Positions 1 through 10,709 of a stretch of DNA of 64,000 bases are shown here, in pieces (the first letter of the stretch is position 1; each line of letters begins with the position of its first letter). A program made the position numbers and the translations under genes. The notes under the pieces are model-generated. The model was given only the letters and a program-made list of their open reading frames with translations, was not told the origin of the DNA and did no database searches. Origin of the DNA: Roseibacillus sp. (GTDB lineage: Bacteria; Verrucomicrobiota; Verrucomicrobiia; Verrucomicrobiales; Akkermansiaceae); the NCBI GenBank assembly GCA_051251855.1, contig JBPOGI010000001.1:384001-448000 (forward strand). Reading direction: 5' to 3'.

Positions 1-1531
1 GGGCTATCTTCGCCAGGAATTGGATGCCAGCGGGTGGCAGTTCGAGCATGAATGTCCTTGGTCTGTTGAGGGGGCTTTGGAGGAAATGAGTCCTCGTGTG
101 CGGTTGTCGTTGGATGGTAGGGAGTTAGAGGTGAGATGTTGGCGCTACTTTATCGTGGGAATTACCGGTCACCAGTTGCCCGTCTATTTGCTCGATGTTG
201 ATTTGAATGAGAACGAAGAGCGAGACCGGCACTTCACCGATCGTCTGTACTTGGGCGACCATTATCACCGTATTATTCAAGAGGCGATTCTAGGGATAGG
301 GGGGGTGCGCATGTTGACTGCTCTGGGTTATGATAGCATCCGTCGCTATCACATGAACGAAGGCCATGCCGCCCTGCTTGGTTTGGAGCTGTTAGAAGAA
401 GAAATGATGAAACAGGGAGGTGAAGAGCTGAGCGATTCCGTCCTGAGTGCGGTACGACGAAAGTGCGTCTTCACGACTCATACGCCCGTCGCGGCGGGTC
501 ATGACCAATTCAGTTTGGGTCTGATGAAGCAAATCTTGGGGGACCGTGTCCTCTTTCGTCAGGGACAGCACTTGTTTAGGCCAAAGGCTCATGAGGAAAA
601 CCAATTCAACATGACCTACCTCGCGCTTAATGTGAGCCGTTACGTGAATGGGGTGGCCAAGCGCCATGCCGAAATTTCGCGTATCATGTTCGCAGAGTAT
701 GAGATAGATGCCATTACCAATGGTGTTCACGCAGGTACTTGGGTAACTTCGTCCTTTGCAGAGTTGTTTGACCGCTATCTTCCCAAATGGAGGGAGGATA
801 ATTTTCTTTTTCGGTCGGTGCTTAAAATTCCGCGAGAAGAGATTTGGGATGCGCACTTGGATTGTAAGAAAGCGCTCTTTGCCCGGGTGCAGGCCGAGGC
901 CGGGGTGTCCTTTGACCCCGAACTTCTGACGCTGGGCTTTGCGAGACGAGCCACTGCATACAAGCGTCCAGAACTCCTTTTTGAAAACGAGGACTGGCTC
1001 TTTGACATCGCTCGGGAGGCTGGTGGGTTACAGATTATCTTTGCGGGGAAAGCGCATCCCGGCGACGACCAAGGTAAGTTTCACATTCAACATATTGTGC
1101 AGTCCAGAGAACGGATGGCTGCTCACGGGGTACATCTCGTTTTCCTGACGAACTACGATATGGCGCTCGGTAAGTTGATGACGAGTGGAGTTGATCTCTG
1201 GTTGAATACTCCGCAGCCACCCTTGGAAGCCTCGGGAACGAGTGGCATGAAGGCTGCGCTGAATGGGGTGCCGAGTCTCAGTATTCTCGATGGTTGGTGG
1301 CATGAGGGCTGTCTGGAGGATGTCACTGGGTGGGCCATCTGCTCGGAGGCGAGTGGTCAGGATGCCCGTTCTCTCTATGAGAAGTTAGAGCGCCGGATTG
1401 TGCCGATGTATCGCGATCGACGTTCGGACTTCATCGACGTGATGCGCCAAGCCATCGCCCTCAATGGTTCCTACTTCAATACCGAACGCATGGTTTTGCA
1501 GTACGTAGAGCGAGCCTATTTTTCGCGATGA
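1..1531 (+). CDS. glgP: Alpha-glucan (glycogen/maltodextrin) phosphorylase, 5' end outside the window
   Basis: Motifs HMNEGH, FTTHTPV, ITNGVH, GFARRATAYKR and PLP-binding EASGTSGMK; frame is open from base 2 (GYLRQELD...). Confidence 0.93.
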   Translation, partial: GYLRQELDASGWQFEHECPWSVEGALEEMSPRVRLSLDGRELEVRCWRYFIVGITGHQLPVYLLDVDLNENEERDRHFTDRLYLGDHYHRIIQEAILGIGGVRMLTALGYDSIRRYHMNEGHAALLGLELLEEEMMKQGGEELSDSVLSAVRRKCVFTTHTPVAAGHDQFSLGLMKQILGDRVLFRQGQHLFRPKAHEENQFNMTYLALNVSRYVNGVAKRHAEISRIMFAEYEIDAITNGVHAGTWVTSSFAELFDRYLPKWREDNFLFRSVLKIPREEIWDAHLDCKKALFARVQAEAGVSFDPELLTLGFARRATAYKRPELLFENEDWLFDIAREAGGLQIIFAGKAHPGDDQGKFHIQHIVQSRERMAAHGVHLVFLTNYDMALGKLMTSGVDLWLNTPQPPLEASGTSGMKAALNGVPSLSILDGWWHEGCLEDVTGWAICSEASGQDARSLYEKLERRIVPMYRDRRSDFIDVMRQAIALNGSYFNTERMVLQYVERAYFSR

Positions 1532-1575
1532 GTCCCATCGACAAAAAATAGGCCCCGGGGGTTCCCTGTTTTTGG

Positions 1576-3939
1576 CTATCTCCGGATAATTTGATAGAAG
1601 GCCTTGGCCTCAGTGGCTGTGGTATCCGTGAAGGTGCCGGTGCCGCTTTCACTACTGACTGTGTCCACTTGATACCAACTTCCGTCCCTGAAGGAGGTGG
1701 ATTTCAAGAGAGAATAGGTGAATCCATTCTCGATCGGAGCGGTACATTGGAATTCCTGATTGGCTGCATTGTATTGTAAGTCGGAAGTGGCAGGCATGGG
1801 GCTGAGCGTGTCCGGAAGCAGATCTAGAAAGAAGTTCATATGAGAAATGGTCGCTCCTGGAGCGATAGTCACTTCCGCTGCGTCGGCAATGTCGTAGGCA
1901 TTGTCGAACCATTGCGGTGTCGGATAGCCGGGTTCCTCTTCGGTTTTCCAACGGATCTTGTATGTGCCCGCTGGAATATTCGGAAGGTAGTAGTCCCAGC
2001 CTTCGCCCCAAGGCAGCGTCATCTCGAAGGATTTGAGGCCGGTCGAGGGATCGTAGAACTCCACCGTGCCAGTGGCTCCATGCGAAAAGAAGGGGTCGCG
2101 CATGAGAGCTTGGTAACCAGTGAGCATTCCAGCGGCGGGGTTGTTCGTGACCTCAAAGACTTTGGCCTGAGTGGCACTTCCGCTGGGAAGGGTGGCGCCG
2201 ACATCCAGGGTGTAGAGTCCCGGCTTGGTGTCGGCGTCAACTTGCAGTGTCGCCGTGTAAGTGAGGTTTCCGTTCGAAAATTCACCGTCAATGCTTTGTA
2301 CGATACTTCCGTTATTGCCCCAGCTGAAGCCGGTCATCGCTTGGCTAGCGGTCACGGTGATGACAAATGTGGAGGTCCCTGAGTTGTCGATAGAGGTGCC
2401 CGTGGGGACAATGGTGAAGCTCTCGATCTTCGGATCGGCGGGAGTCGCTATCGTGACCGGGTAGTCACTACTGATCGCGCCCGGGCCATTGACTGTAATC
2501 GTGCAGGAACCATCGTCCTGAGGCATGACCAGCGAAGAGTCCCATGGTTGAGACGCATTCCAGGCCTGGATAACCGTTGAATCACAGGTGGAGATGGTGA
2601 GGTCGACATAGTCAGTGATGTCATTGCCGCCATCGTCGACGAGGGTGGCCTGGACTGGCACCTCTTTTTGTGAAGTGAGGGCGAGGGGAGTGGGTAATGG
2701 GATCCAGTTGAAGGAAGAATCCTGATATTCGAGAGTCAAGGCACCTGGATTGCGCACATCAATTGTCAGCGGAAAGGTCCGTGGTGCAAAGCCGGCAGCA
2801 CTAGCCGTGATGGTGAAGGTGTGGAGCCCCGGGGTGAGGCCGGTGGTATCGATTCCGATGCGGCTGCCGCCATCTCCTGCGATATTCGCGGGGTAGGGAG
2901 TGGCGGTCGGGGCTTCGGGCACGGAAAAGGTGATGCCACCGACGGGCGCGCAGTTGTTATGGCAATCGATATCGACATTCACTTGGACCACCTAACCGGG
3001 CACGGCGATGGGAACTGTCAGTTCTTGGTCAAAGCCGGACGCACGGAAGCGAGTGGCAGTAAAATGGGGTGAGGTGATCTCAATGTTGCGTGATTCTCCA
3101 GTGCGGACTTTGTTGGGAAGGACGACCGAAGTGAGCCCGCCGCCGCAGGGGTCGTTCACTGTCATCTCGATGAGGGTGTCGGACCAAGAATTGATGACCA
3201 CCCCCGCCTCGCTATCAGAGATGAGGACGCTTCCTTGAATTGCTCCGAAACCGCTGCCGTTGATTTGCACGGTGTCGCCGTAGGTAACCTGGGAAGGGGA
3301 AACTTGTCCCAAAATGGGTAGCACTTCCGGGGTGAGAGAGGAGGTGAGGCTGACGTTGTCTCCGAAGTAGCTTCCGTCGCCCACTTTTTCGATGGTCAGG
3401 GCGAGCAAGCGTTCAGCATCGGCGGGGAAGGTGAAGCTCTCGGATACGGTCGTGAAACTTGAGTTTACGATCATCGAGTTGTCTGGAATAACCACAGTCT
3501 CTTGGGCGATGCTGCCATTAGAGAGACTGAACTCCAAACTTAACTCGATGGTGTCGGAGTCTGGGAACTCCCATCGGGATTTCATGTCGATTGAGGCAAT
3601 CATCGTTTGGTTTGCGATGCTGGGAACATTGAGGTTTTGACGCAGTAGCGTGCCTTGGTAGCCGAAATCTTGAAGGCTAAAGCTTAAATAGCCACCCGGT
3701 GCTTCGTGAACATAGGGAGAGTCTCCAGCGAGGGCAGCAGGCACCGTCCAGTCTACGAGAATCTCATTGAATCCTCCATTGCGAATGAGTTCGGATTGAG
3801 CTTGCCCCGCAAGAGGTGCAAGCGAAATTGCCGCGCCAAGCAAGAAGCGACTAGAACGGGTTTTACTTAGAAAGGTGGAGGGTAAGCCGGCTCCACTCGG
3901 CATTGTTTGTGTTTTCATAAGATTTTTTAGATTTTTCAA
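1576..3939 (-). pseudogene. Exported multi-domain protein (CBM-like, IPT/TIG, Ig-like, C-terminal sorting-like domain) interrupted by one in-frame TAG
   Basis: ORFs 2992-3939 and 1576-2991 share a frame and are separated only by TAG (CCC GGT TAG GTG GTC); signal peptide RFLLGAAISLAPLAGQA; LIRNGGFNE; IPT-like GDTVQINGSGFG...SWSDTLI. Confidence 0.7.
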
Positions 3940-4045
3940 TTCAATTGAATTATCTCACTGGGGACCGAGAGCGTTCTCGGCATCTATTGATTCCATTTGC
4001 GCAGTTTTTGGTGATTCGTGACCAATAAGGCGGCGGCTGCGCTGC

Positions 4046-4082
4046 AAAAAAACGGCCCCTGTCACGCGAGTGACAAGGGCCG
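4046..4082 (-). terminator. Rho-independent terminator downstream of the large repeat-protein gene
   Basis: Hairpin CGGCCC-CTGTCAC-GCGA-GTGACA-AGGGCCG with an A7 tract on + (U tract on -). Confidence 0.75.
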
Positions 4083-4098
4083 GGATTGCCGCAAAAAG

Positions 4099-7000
4099 TT
4101 AGTTGAACTCGTTTAAGAAGAAATCCAGGCGTAGAAATTTTTTAGGTGTGTCCATTGGAACTCTGCAAAGGCGGCCCTCGGAGCCGGTGACGAGAACGGC
4201 ACTCGGGTCCAACTCGTCAACGACATTCAACTTCGACCACATCGATAGGTCGGGAGACCATTCCCCAAGGTAGAGGAGGTCCGCTCCCACCCGGTCATTC
4301 CAACTACGATAGCGCAGCACAAGCCAGTTTTGACCATCGAATGTCTCAACAGACGATGCGATGGGCGGAACGTCAGCGACATTGGGATTCATGTTGAGGG
4401 CGTATTCGACCCAGTTGCTGATACCGTCGCCATCCGGATCTGCGAATTCGAGGGCATCACTTCCGGTGAGGCCGTTGATGCTTGCCCAATCCTGGTAGGA
4501 TATCTCGCTGGAGTCTTGGGCGACTAACACCGCATTGTGGCGCGAGACCGGAGGGTCTCCATCTGTCGGATAGATGACGCTGAAGTGGGGGGCGACCACG
4601 GAGTCAAACGTTCCCACTCGATTGGAGGATTTTAGAACTTCGAATTCCGTGCCAACCGGAGGACTGTAGCCACTCTCGTTCCAAGCCACCAAGGTGCCTG
4701 CGATTGTTGCGGTGGAATTGACTTGTAGAATGTCGAAGTCAGGACTCGTGGCATCACTCCCGGCAACCCCGATCCTGAGCTCTCCGGTCGCGGTCTGAAC
4801 AAAGGAATACTCCATGGTTACTTTGCCTGATGAGGGGGCGATGGCGAGGGAGCCCTCGTTGATGAACTGGTTTCCGGCACTGTAGTATCTGTCTAACAGA
4901 ACCCCATTGCCCAAGGTCAGGGAGCCATTGCTTGTGTTGCGGAGAATGGAGTTCTCCCAGTTCTGAATCGAACCGTCTGTCACATTCATGGCTCCCGCAT
5001 TGCGGAGTTCGGAGCCACTATTGATTCGGTGGAGGGAAGGGCCCGAGACCGTTGCGTCGCCATCGAAGGTGACAACGCCATCAAGATAGCCTGAGGTCCA
5101 GAGGATATTGGACCCGGAAAGAACTCCTGCGTCCCCAGCTGAAGAAGAGAGGGTGCCTCCCGCTAGTTGGAAGGTGGTATCGAAGAGGGTAGTGGTTCCT
5201 ACAAGAGTAGTGGTACTGGACTCGACAATCAGAGTGCCGCCGCCGGTGATTGAGCCCCCATCCATAAGACCCAGAGGATCGCGAACCAAGAGGCGTCCTG
5301 TCTCGATAGCGATTCCGCTCTCATTTACAGTGGTGATGTCATCCAGAATGGCATCGCCGCTCGAGCTTGTGCGGCGAATGAGTCCTTGGTTAACAAGGGA
5401 GTGATCACCGTAGAATTGGGTGAAAATGTTCCCCTCTCCAGCCATTTCTAGAGTGCCGCTGGGTGAGATTGTCCAAGTGACGGTATCGTAGTTTTCCACC
5501 GACCCAGGCCCCAACCAGAGCAAACGGCCGTCGATTTCGATGGTCGCTAGCGATTGGGCCCGTTTGAGGGCGCCATCTCCGGAGATGGTCATCGTTTCGT
5601 TGCTTTTGACCCGACTGGCTCCATCCAGATATCCTGCGGTCCACAGGCTCCCCTCGGTAAAAATAGCTTCGCCATCAGGAGCCGCTCCCTCCACGGTTCC
5701 TCCCGCGAGATGAACTCGAACTTCCACGGGATTGAGCGCACTGATAGTGCCACCAGTAACGTTCACTTCGCCTGGTCCTGTGATGGATGCTCCCGTCATG
5801 AGGATGTAGCTGTCGCTGCGGAAACGGAGTTCGCCCGTTCCGGTGGATTCGAAAAGTCCGCTGCTTTCTCCGCCTCCATCGAGAATGAGGAGACCATTGG
5901 GAATGGAAACTGTGCCGTCGTTGTCCAACTTCCAAGTCATGGTTGTATCCGAGAGAACACTGGTTTCCAGCAGCCCTCCGCTCTGAATCTCGACTGTGGG
6001 ATAGGTGTAGAAGTCATCTAGCACACAATTGCCATTGAGGTGAAAGAGACCTCCATTAAGGATCACGATTCGCACCAAGTTGTTGTAGCCAATGATAGTA
6101 CCCGAGCTAAAGAGAATCTCTCCGGCGACCTGAAGCTCGGCTTCGCTTTCGAACCGCTTGGTCGCGCCTGCGCCCTCTTGAATTTCAAGAGTGGAGTCCG
6201 CGCCAATCGTCCAGTGACCTTCTGCGTATCCGCCGGTCCAAACAAGGTGGCCGGTCACCGTTCCGCCCAGTCCTGTCCAACTCCCCGCAGACCAAGTCGT
6301 GGGCGCGAGGATGTCGACTGTTCCTTCGAGCTCGGTCGTTCCATTAATGAGGACCTCTCCGCTGCCGGTGATGGTGGAGGTTTCTTCGAAGAGTTGTGTG
6401 CCTTGCAACTCCAGAGTCGAAGTTGAGCAACTGACATCTCCTTTTTGGTGATAGATGAGAGAGTCGCAGACGGTCGATCCTCCCGCACCTGTGCTTTTGT
6501 TGAGGAGGCCTGCGTTGACGAGTTGGCTTCCTTCATAGAATCGGCTGAATGGCTGCCCGTCTGCAGCCAAATCGCAGAGGCCGCCCGGGAGGATATTGAA
6601 AAGGTTGTTGCTATACGCTTCCACTGAGGAGGGACCTGACCAGCGATAGGTTCCGGCAATATCAATGACGGCCGCATCCTTCAGCCGTTTGAAACCTGCT
6701 CCTGAGACATCCAAAAGGGAGCCGCTGGGGACGGTTAAGTGCCCAGTGAGAGAGCCAGCTTCCCAATCAAATAGACCCACGATGGAGCAAGGATTCGAGC
6801 AAGTGAGGTCGTTGCCGAGGAAGCGCAAGGCAGTGGCGTTTTGAGTCACGCTGCCGTTCAAGAAAATGTCTCCATTGAGGTGAACCTCTCCAACTCCTTG
6901 GATAATGCTATGATTTTCTAGATTCCAAACTCCATCCAAGAGGATGATTCCACTCTGGACGTCAATCGTTCCTAGATGGGTGGTGGTCCAATTGTTCAGT

Positions 7001-8235
7001 TGTAGGGTGCCTGCTCCGGCAGATTTGCGAATGGTTCCGTAGTTGGTGAGGCTGCTAGAGTCGTAGTATTCTGAAAAAGGATCTCCATCAATGGCGCAGT
7101 CGATCACTCCTCCGGCCTGATTAACGAAGGAGCAATCGTCGTAGGCTTCAACTGCGCTCGTTGCTTGGTAGAGGAAAGTTCCGTGATTCTCGATCGAGGT
7201 CGCGGTCGTCATGCGGCGAGAGCCGGATCCGGTGACTTGTAGGGTGGCTCCGCTTGGGATGGTGAGTGTGCCTGTGATATTTCCGGTCTGCCACTCCAAG
7301 TTGCCTTGGATTGCCGCACTGGCAGCTGCAGTCAGGGTGCCACCGTCTAGGATGAGGCTGACGATAGACTCATTGAGAGTCCCTCCGAGGGTGGTCGTGC
7401 TACTGGCAATTCGTATGGTGGATGTGCCTGAGAAGGTCGCGTTGTGGGGTACGGCGACGGGAGCTTTGAACTGTAGCTCGCCAGCATCGCAGCGAGTGTC
7501 GCCCGGCAGATTGTAGGTCCAGTCGCCACTGAGCTCGGTGGTATCGGTAGAACCGTTTTTTAGCAGTAAGCCAGAGTTGTTGAAAATGTTGTCGCCGTAG
7601 AAATTGGTGAAGGGGATGATACTACCATTTAAGGTCCAGGTGCCAATGTTGTTGATAATGCATTCATCATAGCCTTCCAAAACTCCGCCGCTCATCAGAA
7701 CGGATCCGTTGTTGGTAATGGTAGAGGCTGTTCCCAAGCGAGTTTGGCCGGAGGGAAGGATGAGAGTCGCTCCGCTTGGAACGAACAGGTTTCCGTAGAG
7801 GCCTCCTCCACTGTAGCTGAGGCTAGAGTCGAAGGTGAAGGCGGGCGAGTGGAGGTTGAGACCGGTCAAGGAGGCCGCGTTGGTGATGTGGAAGCTGTTC
7901 GCTCTCAGGGTTCCTCCGCTGCAGTTAAAAGTCTGGACCGAGAGGTCTCCCATCCCAGCGATTTCTCCCGAGAGATTGAGTTCGGCCAAGGAGACACTGT
8001 CTCCGCCTGCCACGATGTAACCATCGACTGTTACGGTATCTCCAGTGGTTGGAACCCCACTGGGAATCCAGTTGGCACTGGCACTCCAGCTGCCGCCCCA
8101 TGGGCCATCCCAGTGGAAATTGGTAGCTCCTGCGTGACTAGAAAAAGCCAGTAAGCCAATGACAATTTGGGTGATTTGATAGAATCTCTTCTGCTTGGTT
8201 AGGTTCTCTTTGGAGTTTCTTACTTTTGACTTCAT
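4099..8235 (-). CDS. Large secreted Gly/Ser/Thr-rich beta-helix-like repeat protein (adhesin-like) with C-terminal DxDGDG and sorting-like domain
   Basis: Likely ATG at 8235; signal peptide IVIGLLAFSSHAGA; WDGPWGGSWSASANW.PSGVP N-terminal motif; six ~175-aa repeats; tail ADPDGDGISNWVEYAL...EWSPDLSMW...KKFLRL. Confidence 0.8.
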   Translation of the reverse strand: MKSKVRNSKENLTKQKRFYQITQIVIGLLAFSSHAGATNFHWDGPWGGSWSASANWIPSGVPTTGDTVTVDGYIVAGGDSVSLAELNLSGEIAGMGDLSVQTFNCSGGTLRANSFHITNAASLTGLNLHSPAFTFDSSLSYSGGGLYGNLFVPSGATLILPSGQTRLGTASTITNNGSVLMSGGVLEGYDECIINNIGTWTLNGSIIPFTNFYGDNIFNNSGLLLKNGSTDTTELSGDWTYNLPGDTRCDAGELQFKAPVAVPHNATFSGTSTIRIASSTTTLGGTLNESIVSLILDGGTLTAAASAAIQGNLEWQTGNITGTLTIPSGATLQVTGSGSRRMTTATSIENHGTFLYQATSAVEAYDDCSFVNQAGGVIDCAIDGDPFSEYYDSSSLTNYGTIRKSAGAGTLQLNNWTTTHLGTIDVQSGIILLDGVWNLENHSIIQGVGEVHLNGDIFLNGSVTQNATALRFLGNDLTCSNPCSIVGLFDWEAGSLTGHLTVPSGSLLDVSGAGFKRLKDAAVIDIAGTYRWSGPSSVEAYSNNLFNILPGGLCDLAADGQPFSRFYEGSQLVNAGLLNKSTGAGGSTVCDSLIYHQKGDVSCSTSTLELQGTQLFEETSTITGSGEVLINGTTELEGTVDILAPTTWSAGSWTGLGGTVTGHLVWTGGYAEGHWTIGADSTLEIQEGAGATKRFESEAELQVAGEILFSSGTIIGYNNLVRIVILNGGLFHLNGNCVLDDFYTYPTVEIQSGGLLETSVLSDTTMTWKLDNDGTVSIPNGLLILDGGGESSGLFESTGTGELRFRSDSYILMTGASITGPGEVNVTGGTISALNPVEVRVHLAGGTVEGAAPDGEAIFTEGSLWTAGYLDGASRVKSNETMTISGDGALKRAQSLATIEIDGRLLWLGPGSVENYDTVTWTISPSGTLEMAGEGNIFTQFYGDHSLVNQGLIRRTSSSGDAILDDITTVNESGIAIETGRLLVRDPLGLMDGGSITGGGTLIVESSTTTLVGTTTLFDTTFQLAGGTLSSSAGDAGVLSGSNILWTSGYLDGVVTFDGDATVSGPSLHRINSGSELRNAGAMNVTDGSIQNWENSILRNTSNGSLTLGNGVLLDRYYSAGNQFINEGSLAIAPSSGKVTMEYSFVQTATGELRIGVAGSDATSPDFDILQVNSTATIAGTLVAWNESGYSPPVGTEFEVLKSSNRVGTFDSVVAPHFSVIYPTDGDPPVSRHNAVLVAQDSSEISYQDWASINGLTGSDALEFADPDGDGISNWVEYALNMNPNVADVPPIASSVETFDGQNWLVLRYRSWNDRVGADLLYLGEWSPDLSMWSKLNVVDELDPSAVLVTGSEGRLCRVPMDTPKKFLRLDFFLNEFN

Positions 8236-8354
8236 CGGAGTCACTATGAAGAAAGATAGGGTCACTTCACCACGCGTGGGTTGACGTGGGATACGCACTT
8301 ATTGAGGATGTTCTCCTCGGCGAAGCTAGTTGTGAACTAGGGCTTTAGAACGGC

Positions 8355-8369
8355 TAGGGAAATTCCCTA
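8355..8369. promoter_or_regulatory. Palindromic candidate operator TAGGGAA-A-TTCCCTA between divergent genes
   Basis: 7-bp inverted arms with 1-nt spacer, between the repeat-protein gene and the AraC gene. Confidence 0.4.
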
Positions 8370-8451
8370 TGGGGCTAAGGAGTCGCATTAGATTCGTCAG
8401 GACAAGCTGCCAATGGACGGCTTCTTTGCAGGCAGACAAGATGGTAGTGCT

Positions 8452-9114
8452 ATGGAGAAACAATGCACTTGCCAGGACCTTCTAGAATTTCGCGTGACCT
8501 CCTCTAGCTTGTTTCAAACCTATTGCCTGGCCTTTCAATCGGTAACGGGATGGGCTTTGGATTTGGTGCTGGAGCGTCCTTCTCCAGAGGCGGGAGTGCT
8601 GACGATTCCTGTTCCGATGGGTCAAATCTTCCCGTTTTTCTTGGTTGCTTCCAGTCCGGTGGCAGGCGTGAAGCCCTCTTCATTGATTAAGGGGTTGCTC
8701 GAGGTCTTTGCGATTCAGCTAGGCGATGAAGTTAATCGAACTCTCATTTGTGATCAGGGAACCGAACCCGCACCAGTGAAGCGAGCGAAAGAGGTGATTA
8801 AATCCAATCTGTCTCGTAAATACTCTCTTGATGATTTGGCCGCTCAGGTTGGAATTTGTCCTTACTACCTCTGTCGACTCTTCAAGGCTCATACCGGCCT
8901 GACCCTGACGGAATATCATGGGCGCTTGCGAGTCGAGCGGGCGCGGCAGTTATTGATTAACCCTGCGTTATCGGTTGCAGAGGTCTCGGAACGGGTCGGT
9001 TTTCATTCCATCTCGCAATTCAATCGCGCCTTTCGAAAATACGCGGGAGATGCGCCACGTGAGTATCGTGACCGTTTGCGGCAACTTGAGAAGTGCGACT
9101 TTCAAATCGCGTGA
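8452..9114 (+). CDS. AraC-family regulator with short, PocR-like N-terminal region
   Basis: C-terminal double HTH (SLDDLAAQVG...YLCRLFK; VSERVGFHSISQFNRAFRKYAG..PREYR); likely start ATG 8452. Confidence 0.88.
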   Translation: MEKQCTCQDLLEFRVTSSSLFQTYCLAFQSVTGWALDLVLERPSPEAGVLTIPVPMGQIFPFFLVASSPVAGVKPSSLIKGLLEVFAIQLGDEVNRTLICDQGTEPAPVKRAKEVIKSNLSRKYSLDDLAAQVGICPYYLCRLFKAHTGLTLTEYHGRLRVERARQLLINPALSVAEVSERVGFHSISQFNRAFRKYAGDAPREYRDRLRQLEKCDFQIA

Positions 9115-9292
9115 AGGCGTGGCCTTCTAGTCATCCTAAAAAGGCAAAATAGGAGACCCTGCCAATTGGCCTATCGATTGTTAGAACCAAATTCTTATTG
9201 TTGAATTTTCCACAAGAAATAGTTATAGCTCTCGGTAACCCCGTAAAAAGTTTGGAGCTGTCTCTCAGGCTCTTCCAAGTGAAAGCATTGAA

Positions 9293-10708
9293 ATGAATCG
9301 TCGCCCTCCCAGAGTCCTGATTGTTGACGATGATGAGGAGATGATGATTCTTTTGCAGCAAGAGCTGGGGCAAGGGAACATTGAGGTTCAGGGTGTTTGC
9401 TCAGGAGCGGAGGCTCTCGCCTGGTTGGAGAAAGAAGAAGCGAGCTTGATCCTTCTCGACTTGAGCTTACCCGATATGACGGGACAAGAGTTGCTAACCT
9501 CTTTGCATAAACGAGGGCAAAAGGTTCCCTTTGTAGTGGTGAGCGAGATGGGTGATGTGCGCTTAACGGTAGAAATGATGCGCATTGGAGCTCTTGACTT
9601 CATTCTAAAGGATTCTCAGCTCACTGAATTGATTTTGCCAGTGGTGAAGCGGGTCTTTGCTGTTTTGGAGGCCCGTCGGAAGTTCGATGAAAGTGAGTTC
9701 CGCTTTCAGCAGATTAGCGATACCATTGATGATGTCTTTTGGATGATGAGTCCCAAGAACGACCGCTTCCTCTACGTGAGCCCCGCCTTTGAGCGTATCT
9801 GGGGCAAGTCGCGTCAGTCGCTCTACACCGATTCTTCCATCTGGTTGCAGGCGACAGTGGCGGAGGACCATTCCAAATACCTGCGGCATATGAGCTTTCT
9901 TCGTGGGGGATATGAGAAGGACTTTGATCTCGTCTATCGCATTCGAGACCGTCAGGGCGAAGTGTGCTGGATCCGCGACCGAGCCTTTGCAAAGCGGGAT
10001 GAGAGTGGGGAACTCCTTTATTTCATCGGAGTGGCGACCGACGTGACAGCACAGAAGGTGTTAGAGGGGCAAGCTCTTGAAGCGACCGAGGCTGAGCGAA
10101 TTCGTATTGGGCAGGATATTCATGATGACCTCTGCCAGCGTCTTGCCGCTCTCAAGATGAAGTGCGGGATGATGCAAAACTCGTTTCAAGGATTGACTGG
10201 TGAGCAGCAGGCAATGATGGCATCAGCTTTGATAGAGCTACAAGATGCCACCGATCTAGCGCGAGGAATTTCCAAAGGGCTAGCCCCGGTGGCTCTTGAG
10301 GCTGAGGGCTTGATGGCCGCGTTGGAAGAGCTAGCGCAAGGGACAGCGCAACGGTACTCTGTCGATAGCGCCTTTCGTTGCCCCCGGCCTGTAGAAATCG
10401 ATGATGCTACGGTGGCGACACATCTTTTCCGAATCGCGCAGGAGCTTATCACCAATGCCGCCAAGCACGCTAAGCCGACTCGGGTGGATATCGGTCTTTT
10501 CCATGCGGCAGGTGGTATTCGGTTGGAAGTCGAGAATGATGGCAGGCCTTTCCAAGGTCCAGTGGGATTTTCCGATGGGATGGGACTTCATTTTGTGCAG
10601 TTCCGGGCAGATTCGTTGGGTGCTAGTTTGGTATTTAGTCCAGGAGAACTACCCGATGGAGGCACGCGGGTGATTTGCACCGTGCCGCTCAAAGAAGAAC
10701 GAGAGTAA
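9293..10708 (+). CDS. Hybrid sensor kinase REC-PAS-HisKA_3-HATPase (NarX-like)
   Basis: N-terminal receiver (VLIVDDD, LILLDLSLPD), PAS (YVSPAFERIWG, WIRDR), H-box IGQDIHDDLCQRL, N-box QELITNAAKHA. Confidence 0.9.
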   Translation: MNRRPPRVLIVDDDEEMMILLQQELGQGNIEVQGVCSGAEALAWLEKEEASLILLDLSLPDMTGQELLTSLHKRGQKVPFVVVSEMGDVRLTVEMMRIGALDFILKDSQLTELILPVVKRVFAVLEARRKFDESEFRFQQISDTIDDVFWMMSPKNDRFLYVSPAFERIWGKSRQSLYTDSSIWLQATVAEDHSKYLRHMSFLRGGYEKDFDLVYRIRDRQGEVCWIRDRAFAKRDESGELLYFIGVATDVTAQKVLEGQALEATEAERIRIGQDIHDDLCQRLAALKMKCGMMQNSFQGLTGEQQAMMASALIELQDATDLARGISKGLAPVALEAEGLMAALEELAQGTAQRYSVDSAFRCPRPVEIDDATVATHLFRIAQELITNAAKHAKPTRVDIGLFHAAGGIRLEVENDGRPFQGPVGFSDGMGLHFVQFRADSLGASLVFSPGELPDGGTRVICTVPLKEERE

Positions 10709-10709
10709 A

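Noticed and set aside
4099..8235. Classical type V autotransporter
   Set aside because: No C-terminal beta-barrel; the tail is a short DxDGDG-containing domain
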